From Desulfosudaceae bacterium (lineage in GTDB: Bacteria; Desulfobacterota; Desulfobacteria; Desulfobacterales; Desulfosudaceae): 64,000 nucleotides of DNA. The position numbers and the translations under genes are program-made. The DNA lies in the NCBI GenBank assembly GCA_963674745.2, contig CAXXDV010000003.1, positions 2,368,001 through 2,432,000 on the forward strand, in the 5' to 3' direction. Numbering within the stretch: position 1 is the stretch's first letter; each line of letters starts with the position of its first letter. The notes under the pieces were generated by a model. The model made no database searches. It was not told the origin of the DNA and was given only the letters and a program-made list of their open reading frames with translations. Below, in pieces: positions 41,048 through 50,500 of this stretch.

Positions 41048-41401
41048 TTAAATGACTGTGGAATATTGAAGCCTATCATGTCCCCGAACCTGGGTAATCT
41101 CAAGTCCGTCCAGCAACCACCCCAAACGCCGGGAACCGATCTCCATAACCTCATCATACGACTCTGGCCAGCGAAATTTTTCTTTCTCCAGACGCTTGTG
41201 CCATAGACAAAAACCGTTCCGATGCCAGTATAATATTTTGAGGATCGTTCGACGCCGATTGCAAAAAACAAATAAATGGCCGGAAAACGGGTCAAGTTCA
41301 ATCTGGCCTTCCACCATAATGGACAGGCCATTGATGGATTTTCTCATATCCGTATGACCCATCACCAGAAAAGCCCGCGTTTGGCTGGGAAAGAACATCA
41401 T
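41048..41401 (-). CDS. tnpB: IS66 accessory protein TnpB
   Basis: TDMRKSINGL, LFVFCNRRR..KILYW..GFCLW.KRLE..KFRWP. Confidence 0.95.
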   Translation of the reverse strand: MMFFPSQTRAFLVMGHTDMRKSINGLSIMVEGQIELDPFSGHLFVFCNRRRTILKILYWHRNGFCLWHKRLEKEKFRWPESYDEVMEIGSRRLGWLLDGLEITQVRGHDRLQYSTVI

Positions 41402-41727
41402 CGCCGGTCCACTACTTCCAGAACCTGCTCCAGAACCAACGGCTGAAATCCTTCGGATACTTCTATCCGGTATCGGTTATTAACGACCAGGCTTAACGGT
41501 GCGGACGGCATGGCTTGCGGCAAGGAAATCGGAACCAGGGAGACATCTGATGAAACCGGTTGTTCGAACTTTTTCTTCCAGTACACAAATTGCCATTTAG
41601 ACAAATTGTTTTTTCGCTGATATTCCGTCTGGCTCAGGCCACTGGCCCGCCACATCTGAATATGCCGTTCCCAGAACCGTCGTTTCTCCGCTCGTTCCTG
41701 TTCGCGGTTAATTTTCTTGTTTTTCAT
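41398..41727 (-). CDS. tnpA: IS66 accessory protein TnpA
   Basis: FWERHIQMWRASGLSQTEY..FVYWKKK HTH; overlaps the tnpB start. Confidence 0.9.
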   Translation of the reverse strand: MKNKKINREQERAEKRRFWERHIQMWRASGLSQTEYQRKNNLSKWQFVYWKKKFEQPVSSDVSLVPISLPQAMPSAPLSLVVNNRYRIEVSEGFQPLVLEQVLEVVDRR

Positions 41728-41812
41728 AATAGCGCCTTTCCGAATTAAATTTTTGGCGCTATCTTGACACGGTCCGCCCGGCTTGTGAAGATGGGGTTAA
41801 TTTGACGCTTAC

Positions 41813-41959
41813 TTTTTTTTACCCCCCTTGTTTTGTTGGCCCCCGGATGAACTCTTTTCTCAAGATATGATAGTTTACCTTAGGGTCGTTGGGCAAAAAA
41901 ACCGTCACCCACTAACACACAAAGAAACCGAAGAAACGCATAAAAGCATAGACGTCCCC
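41813..41959. repeat. Conserved inter-cassette linker, copy 2 (cut by IS66)
   Basis: TTTTACCCCCCTTGTTTTGTTGGCCCCCGGATG..GGTCGTTGGGC..GCATAGACGTCCCC. Confidence 0.88.
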
Positions 41960-41969
41960 ATTAGTCTTC

Positions 41970-42758
41970 CTATTTCTCCCCTAAATATTTCTGAGGCATT
42001 TCGTTAATATCCTTCCTAACGATTTCAATATTAAGGGGCAAAGCAGGCACTTTTATGCTGGACAATGACTTTAGTAAATCCTCTTTTAACTCACGTAATT
42101 TATTATATCTTGATAGGCTAACATTAAATAACAGCTTAGCTTCATCGTTACTATATATATCCGCTGAAGCATAATAATACCTCTTTCTTTCCATTTTATA
42201 TATCATGCAAGTAGCTTTGAGCGACTTAGAATCGATAATATACATACCAATTAATTTACCCACATTAAGGCTCATAAACTTAAAATGCTGATAGGTCCAT
42301 GCCTGTTTATTTTTATTTCTTGCATTAAAGATAGAGATATCGCTTGGGACCGATTTCAGAATCGCCGCTTTTTCTCGGAAGGAAGAGAAACTTATTGAGC
42401 CCCCGCCTTCAATTGTGTCTATCGATTCTTTTTTAGATCCGGTATATGAGACTATGAATGCACCTTTTTCAGAAAAGAAATAAACGCGATCCCCCTCACT
42501 AAATACTTTTTTATATTCCAACTTCGGAACTTTAAAGAAAAATCCGCCAATGTTTAACTCATTCCATTCTTCAGACGTTACGTTTACAGCACTCACACAG
42601 ATTGGAGTTACGCTTAATTGTTCATTTATGTAATCACCAAGCGTTCTCTTGACATGCCAGTTATATTGTAAAACAGGGAAAAAATACCAGATAGAGGCAG
42701 TCAATACGATAGATAGCACCAATGAGAGGCTGATGAACTTTTGATGTTTTATTTCCAT
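41970..42758 (-). CDS. Membrane-anchored hypothetical protein, putative immunity partner of orphan Rhs-CT 1
   Basis: 262 aa, AT-rich, N-terminal TM, directly downstream of the CT. Confidence 0.7.
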   Translation of the reverse strand: MEIKHQKFISLSLVLSIVLTASIWYFFPVLQYNWHVKRTLGDYINEQLSVTPICVSAVNVTSEEWNELNIGGFFFKVPKLEYKKVFSEGDRVYFFSEKGAFIVSYTGSKKESIDTIEGGGSISFSSFREKAAILKSVPSDISIFNARNKNKQAWTYQHFKFMSLNVGKLIGMYIIDSKSLKATCMIYKMERKRYYYASADIYSNDEAKLLFNVSLSRYNKLRELKEDLLKSLSSIKVPALPLNIEIVRKDINEMPQKYLGEK

Positions 42759-42831
42759 AGGATTATTAGCCTAAAATACAACAATACATTTATTGCAAAA
42801 CCGTGACGCAAAATAATGTTATTGCCTTGTT

Positions 42832-43407
42832 TTATTCACAACCAAAAGATTTATATAACTCTTGCGGGAATTCAAAACCCTTTCCTGCTTGGCATTCTGA
42901 CAAAGATTTAACACATTTTTCTCGACATCCTTGTTCATCAAAAGGCGCACTATTATCTAAATAAGCGTAACAACTTCCTTTTGCATTTCTACAGTTCTCG
43001 TTGCATGTTTGTTCAGCAATCATACATGTTGAGGAACGAGACCAAGGCACCTTTGATCCCGCCTTGCAAGCCTTCTCCTGTATTCTCATACTATTACATT
43101 CAGGTGCTTCAGGCACTTCGGACTCCGATGAGTCTTCCTCCTCTTTTTGTTCCTCAAGCCATGGTAAATACTCTAGTTCATATTCAGGTGGCATTAGACA
43201 AGAGGCCCCCCCATTTGCAGTCGGCACACATGTATCTAACCCTAATTGATCAAAGTATCGATTGGGATTATTTAACGCATATAAAAACAAATTAACACCA
43301 CTTGTTAACCCTATCGGATCAACCCTCAGATACCTCCCCGTCTCCGGATCATAGTACCGCCACATATTATAATGCAGCCCCATCTCCTCATCGTAGTATT
43401 GGCCCGG
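42832..43407 (-). pseudogene. Orphan Rhs C-terminal module 1
   Basis: PGQYYDEEMGLHYNMWRYYDPETGRYLRVDPIG..DQLGL plus a Cys-rich CT. Confidence 0.88.
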
Positions 43408-43876
43408 ATATATTCTGATGCGAGTCCCCCATAAAGACCTGTTTTTTACCCCCCTTGTTTTGTTGGCCCCCGGATGAACTTCTTTTTAAAGATATGACAA
43501 TTTACCTTTCAAATCAAATGGTCTGTGGCAGTTAAAAAAGAAAACAAATCGGGTGAAAGCGGCTCCAGTATGCCGGAGATGATCTGCTGCCATTTTCTGG
43601 GCAGGCCGGTGTAGATGGTTTTCAGCCGTTTACGACGAGCTTCGTATTCCAGGCAAATATTTTGTACGGCAGGACTCGAAGCCACGGCGGAACAAACATC
43701 ACAACCACCTTACCCGCACGGCTACAGGCGAGGTCGGCCGGCAGAATGGGTGCGCTTCAGGGGGCGTTTTTTTGACCATAAGATTGATCTGCTTCCTTAT
43801 GGTCGTTGGGCAAAAAAACCGTCACCCACTAACACACAAAGAAACCGAAGAAACGCATAAAAAGATAAACGTCCCC
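43408..43876. repeat. Conserved inter-cassette linker, longest copy
   Basis: Same terminal blocks as the other copies plus ~290 bp of extra internal sequence. Confidence 0.82.
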
Positions 43877-43920
43877 ATTATCCCTTTGCAAATGTAAAAG
43901 GCGTCCCCAACTTTACAACT

Positions 43921-44265
43921 TTACGTTGGACTAAGTAATCCCATTAAAGAAACAGCAATAAGTAAAATAACTACCACGGCTCTAACATAAGCTCCCATAT
44001 TCTTAAAAAGAACAAAAGGGGGTAGCCATAACCATATTTTTGAATTTATCCCGTCACCAATCATTAACCATAAAGCTAATACAATGCAGAACATCATTTC
44101 AAAAACGTCAAAACAATGCGACTCATAAACCCCTAATAAGAGAATATGTTTATCACGCACAAACCAGTACGAAACAATACAGATTGTAGGATATAAAATG
44201 AAGATTAACATCATTACCACAACCAATGCTTCTAAAGTTGTAGATAAGGCAAGACTCTTTTTCAT
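43921..44265 (-). CDS. Small membrane protein, putative cognate immunity of the full-length Rhs
   Basis: 114 aa hydrophobic ORF with a GGAG RBS; first sizeable ORF downstream of rhs. Confidence 0.6.
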   Translation of the reverse strand: MKKSLALSTTLEALVVVMMLIFILYPTICIVSYWFVRDKHILLLGVYESHCFDVFEMMFCIVLALWLMIGDGINSKIWLWLPPFVLFKNMGAYVRAVVVILLIAVSLMGLLSPT

Positions 44266-44586
44266 TGTTTAGAGGTACTCCGCTATTAGTGTCCAATTAA
44301 CCTATTCATAAGTCGTATAAATTTTTCTAAGCAAAAGGATGTGCTTCACGAAATCAATATTTAACAATCGACGTCTGTGACACAGTGTTAGAAACGCGAT
44401 AACTTCAAATCTAGATCGCAATAACCGTTAACATCTGGTTGCCATTACCAAAACAGATTACAATAAAAGTTAATCTTCAAAACAATTTGGCATTAAAGAA
44501 ATACCTATTTTACAAACATTCACAAATCACACTTACAAAAGGAAAATTAATAATGGCCCCATCGTTTAAATTTATCCGCATCTGCT

Positions 44587-47500
44587 CTATGAATAATTCG
44601 TGCCCTCTTTAAGCGACCAATGGCCGGTTGTCGTCATAGCGCCAAGATCAAGCCCTTTACTCCATCCTTTGAATCTTAAATAAGCTTGCGGGGTGTTGAC
44701 CCAGAGATGGCCATAACTCGAGCGGACACCTACCCCCCAAGAAGTTGCTCGTCCAAAACCAACGTGCTCCTTTAAAGAGATACAAGGCGTATCAAACCAC
44801 TGACCATCTCCAGATACAATAAAAGTTGGTACATTCTTAAATGAAAAGCCTATCCCTATTCCTACATATTGATAATCACTTCCCTGTATACAACATCTCT
44901 CTGGGTCTGCACGGAGCTCAGCATTAATTACCACACCGCCTGTTTCAATCGTAGCGCCGATAACAGAAACGATAGTCAGCCGCCATCTATCACAGTAACC
45001 GGCTTCACATAGGCCTAAAGAATCAATATTATTTATACTATTATTTGAGGCATAGGCAAAAATACTACTTCCTTTATCCGAATCAACCGGATCAACCCTC
45101 AAATACCTCCCCGTCTCCGGATCATAGTACCGCCACATATTATAATGCAGCCCCGTCTCCTCATCGTAGTATTGGCCCGGGAACCTCAGGTTGTTCTCAA
45201 CCGTATCAACCTCAACCGTTGCCTCCCCAAAGCTACTGTACTTCGCACTCCAGACCACAGCCCCGTTACTTGATGTCAGCTTCTGCGGTGTACCCAAGTG
45301 ATCATTGTGGTAGAAGAAGTAAGTACCACTTTCTCTCATGAACAAAGGATCGGTTCCCCAGGTGCCACCCGGCTGCCAGCCGTAGGTTTTATCCACATTA
45401 CCGTAAGAATCAATTTCAGCTACCAGACCTTCATCACTGTAATGATAGTAAGTCGTGGTACTTCCGACGGTCTTGCTTAATCTTCTGCCAAAGGGATCGT
45501 AATAATAACTGGCAATCAAATTATTCGAGTCGTCTCTGACTTCAGTAAGCCGGTCTTCTACATTGTAGACGTAATTTGTGACAACTCCAGCAACCGTCTT
45601 TTTGATGGTGTTGCCGTTGTCGTCGTACTCGTAAACAGCGTCCCCGGTTGAGTCGGAGGATGACTGAAGTTCGTTGTTGAAATTATAATCCCAATCACTG
45701 GTGCTATCCTCTGTGGTCAAGCGGTTGCCCACGTTATCGTAAGTAAACTCCTCGTCAGTCAGACCGGCGGCTTCGGGGTTGTCAACATCCGTCAACCGGT
45801 GCAGGGCATCATATTCATACCCATAATCCCCGTGCTCGGTGGCTTTGGAAGTGATGTTGTCCATTGTGTCATAGGTGTAGTCATAATTCAACAGGTCGTT
45901 TCCGCCCGGATCTTTGCCGATGATCTGTTTTATCCGCATCAAGGGATCATATTCAAAGGCCCTGGCACCGCCGCCGGGCAGGGTAAAGCCGGCCGGCCGG
46001 TTCCAGTTATAGCCGTTGACGGTCAAAAATCCAATGCCGGCGGGCATCTGAACCCCGGCCAGGCGATTGGCCGTATCATACATGTAGGTGTAAGTGACGT
46101 TGTCCGGGCCGGTAAAGGTTTTTTTAAGGCCGTTTTTTAGATGGGTGTAAGTATTGGTCCAGCTATAAGAGCCGTAAGTAACGGTCTCGCTGGTCTTTCG
46201 GCCGGCGTTGTCGTAGACATACACAGCAGATGTCGTACCGTCATTGTAACCGTCGAGATTACCCGCATCATCATAGGTGAAGCTGACGGTCTTGACCAGG
46301 GTGAGCGATGCGTCATAATAACGGGTTTCATCCAACTGGCCGGCATTATTATAGTCATATTCGGTTTTCTGGTCTTTGGCATCGATCTTTTCGATCAGGT
46401 TGCCCATCAAGTCATAATCATAAGTCGTTATTTCACCTTCGGGCCGGGTCTCTTTAGCCAGCCGGTTGTTGCCGTCATATGCAAACGCGGTGGTATTGCC
46501 CTGGGCATCGGTCAAAGAAGTCATATTATCGCGGTTGTCATAGGCATATGCCGTCTGCCCCTGGTTTGGATCCGTTACCCGGACCAGCCGGTTCAAGGCA
46601 TCGTATTCATAATACGTGATCTGGTTATCTTTGTCTGTTTTTTCGATCAGGTTGCCGGCCGGATCGTATACAAACCGGGTTTCTAAAGTTTCCCCCTCGG
46701 GAACAATCACCTGCTCGGCGATTTTTCTATTGCGTTCGTCATAGACAAAGGCTTTTTCAAAAGTGGGATAAGTGACGCTGATGGGTTGGTCGGCCGTGCC
46801 GCCACACGATGTACAGCCGCCTTCCGAGCTGACGGGATCATACTCGGTGACGATTTCATTGCCGGCAGGATCGATGGTTTTAACCCTTCGGCCGCGAGAA
46901 TCGTAGGCATATTCTGTGATAGCGCCCTCAGAATCAATCATCTTCACCAGTTTGTTGTCAAAGCCGTATTCAAAGGTGGTAATAATATCTTTTGAAGCGT
47001 CGGCCGGGTCCATGACCACGGTCTGCTTGATCATGTTGCCGAGCATATCATATTCAAACAGGGTTTCGGTTAAATCCGGGGCGATCTGCTTTGTCTTTCT
47101 CCCGCCAAAATCATACTCATACCGGGTAACTTTGTGTTCGGGATCTTCGGCGGTAAGCAAATTACCCATAGCATCATACGTATATGTCCAGACCAGGTCA
47201 TCACCATCAGGGTTTTCAACGGTTTTGGTCAGCACATTACCCATGATGTCATGGATAAAACGGGTGGTGACCGCCTCTCCTTCGGCATCGGTGGTGATGG
47301 AAGTCTGGTTGCCGTCGGGATCATAGGTCATGGTGGTAACAATATCAGACGTGCCCAGGATACGGGTTTCAATCAGGTGGCCGTTATTGTAAACGTATTG
47401 GGTGGTCCGCTCTTCGGTTGTGCCCACGGCCTCGGTTTTGCTGGCCCGGTTGCCCTGACTGTCATAGGTATACGCGGTAACAATACCGTTTTCATCAGTC

Positions 47501-50500
47501 TCCCTGATCAACCGGTTCAAGTCGCGCTCATATTGACGGGTGATAAAGGAACCGTCCGGGTACACTTCTTTGATCCGGTTGCCCCATTCATCCTCATACC
47601 GGGTGGTGGTATGGCCGTTCTGGATAATCCGGGTGATGCGGCCCTCTTTTTCCACTCTGAACTGGGTTTCACCGTTGATATCCACCCGCCGGGTATCACC
47701 GTCGGCGTCAAACCAGGATTCCTTGATCTGACCGGAGGTATCGGAAACAGAAGCGTAATATTCTTTTCTGTCTTCAAAATAGTTATAGCCGAATTGTTTG
47801 CTCTCACCATTGATATCGGTAACCGATTTGACCATATTAAAATCGTTGTAGGTGATGGTGTAGGTGGGATCGTCTGTGGCTATATTGATTTGCTTGTTGG
47901 CCGGCAGCCAGACGTTTGTCAGCTTGCCTTCGGCATCATAACCATAGCCGTAAATCATCCGGCTTTCACCTGTATCGCTGACAGAAACAACGGTCTCCAG
48001 CCATCCCTCAGGGGTATAGGTATAGAGCACTTCCCGGTCATAATCGTCCGAAATCCGGATAATCCGGCCGGCCGTGTCATGGTCCAGCCACAGATACTGC
48101 TGGTTGTTTTTATCGGCCAATCCGGCCAGGTAATCACCATTATAAATCAGGTGACGCTGGGGCCCCTTGGCGTCTCCCACCTCGGTCAGACGGCCCTGTT
48201 CGTCGTAAATTTTGTAATCTCCGAACCGGCTCTGCCAGACGAACGTGCCGTCCATCTGCTGGATGATTTTAAAGCTGTTGTTGGTAAACATGGCCAGTGT
48301 GCCGGGGACGACGACGGAACTTTTTTCATATTTAATACCGTCTTTATCGATACTGTCGACCAGCTCGCCGGCATATTCGAGTTCCAGGTCGTACCTGGAC
48401 AGGCCCCAGTCCCATTTTTTGTCGCTGTATTTCCGGGTCAGCTTGAACAGACCGCCGGGCACCTGGATTGACAGGTCAGTATCGTCCCGGTTGTAGGTCT
48501 GGTTCAGCAAATCGACCCCGGAGCCGGTGATGACAAAACGGTGCTTTCTGGTAAAGTCCATTTTCTTGATACAGGACTCGCCGTCCGGATCGGAGCAATT
48601 GGCCGGCGGCGCGCACAGGGCCGCAGTATCCCCGTCGGGCATCAGTTCGTCCATAAACTCCTCAAAATCCTGCTCGATCAATTCCTTGGCTTTATCGAGG
48701 CCCGGGGGATTGTCCGTCGGGACAATCACACAGGTCTGAGTGGCGGGATCGTATTCGACACACACATCCCACTCGGCACAGGATTCAAAACTGGCTTCGG
48801 TTACAACCCCGTTGGCGCATTCAAAGGTATAATCACCTTCTCCACAGATCTTGTTGTGCGCGCAGCACTGTTTCCCGCCAGTACCATCCTGCCCTTCATC
48901 CGCGCCCGGTTTCATGAGGCAGGTAATGCGATAGGGCACCGTAACAACCTGATGGGGCAGAATGCTTTCGGGCACGCCGATGTATTCGACCTGAAAATAT
49001 TTATTACTGACATCGTTCAGACCGACTTCGTCCGCCCGGATCAGGCCGTGGTTGGTCAGGGTTATTTCACCGTTCATGACATCGCCCGTATTCATGTCGT
49101 CGGGGATGTTGATGACGGCCGGGTCGGCCACGACAACCGCGGCCGGGACATTTGTCTCGAAAGTGGCGTTATAAATAATCTCGTATTTGTCGGCAATGGT
49201 GGTTTCCACGACTTCCCACTCAACCGTGACCAGCTGATTGGGGAGAAACACCTCATGTGCCCGGGTGATGCCGGGTTTTACCCAGACCCGGCCGGCCAGC
49301 TCCTGATGGTTATCAGACCTGACCCGGTAGCGGTAACTGCCGACCGGCAGTTCCTGGGACATGGCTTCGCCCTGGGCATCGGTGGTCAGGGTCTCGTCAT
49401 CCCCGGTAGCCTCATTCTGCAGCAGGATTCTGGCATTGGCCAGGCCGTAAATCGGCTCGTTATATTCATCCAGGGTACCGGTATAGATATCGCTGACATG
49501 AAACAGCACCCGCCCGGTAACATCCGTGGTAACGGTAACGCTGAAGGGGACTTTCACGGTCGCATGGTTCAAGCTGGTGATTTTAAGATAAAAAGAAAGT
49601 ATGTCAGGCGTAAAATCGGCGGGCGGGGACAAAACAATGTCTACCTTTGACGTGTCGCCCGGGGCGATGGCGCTGATCTGGGTGGACGAGGCAATATAGA
49701 TCCACTCGGGCGCCTGGCTGCCGACAGCATCTGTATTGATCACGGACAGGATAAGCCCCTCCATGTCGGCATAGCCTTTGTTCTCCAGCGTGACGGATTC
49801 GGTGGCCGTGGAACCCGCATTGAGGCCCGCCTGGATAAAGTCGGGTGTCACCCACAGGGACGGCCGGGAATCGACCAGAGAAAGTTCAACATCCAGGGTG
49901 GTCCAGCCACCGGCGGGGCTTTCGTCGCTGACCAGGCGCAGGGTAAACTCAACATCGGCAGGGCTGTCGCCTTCAACCGTAAAAGAGACCTGGCCCGATT
50001 CATCCGAAATGGTGATGGGATCGCCGCAGATCACGGTTACGCCGGACGGGAGGGTACCATCGACCTCAAACCGCAGGTTGGTGGCGGTGGTAGCGCTGCC
50101 GGCAGTGGCCGCAATGGTCACGGTATGTCCATTCCCCCTGGGGACGGTCAGTTTATAGGAAGAATACTGCAGGTTGACCCGGCTGATGACAAAGGTGTCC
50201 TGCACGGGCCGTTCGGTCAGGTCGGGATGAACGGCGCAGACCTGAAAGGTACCGGCATCGCCGGTGGTGGGCGTAAACAGGTATTCAAAAAGACCGTTAT
50301 CATCGGTATATACCTCGGCCGTCCGTTCAAACCCGTTATTGGAAATCACCACGGTCAGGGGAACGCCGGACAAAAGGACGGGATTGGCCTCGGTTCCCCG
50401 CTCCACGGCCCGGCCGGAGATGGTGATGTCCGTGTCGCCGGTGGCGTTTGCCGGTGTCACCGAGGTGACTTCGCCGATATATGAGGTTTCCGTCAGGGTC

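Larger units (their letters stand above)
39361..41812 (-). mobile_element. IS66-family insertion sequence
   Basis: 21-bp TIRs GTAAGCGTCAAGTTAACCCCA and TGGGGTTAATTTGACGCTTAC (1 mismatch); tnpA-tnpB-tnpC order; higher GC than the flanks. Confidence 0.96.

Noticed and set aside
43507..43797. Coding remnant inside the longest linker
   Set aside because: Only short broken frames (e.g. ICLEYEARRKRLKTIYTGLPRKWQQII) that I cannot assign to a family; needs BLASTx.
35757..43876. Repeated linker blocks as a CRISPR array
   Set aside because: Spacing is kilobases with whole genes between copies, and there are no cas genes.
32231..43920. Classical integron
   Set aside because: No tyrosine recombinase IntI, and I could not find attC-type RYYYAAC..GTTRRRY palindromes at the boundaries.
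44266..44586. Small immunity ORF directly after the rhs stop
   Set aside because: Only a 23-codon frame (MRINLNDG..CECL) was found, too short to support.
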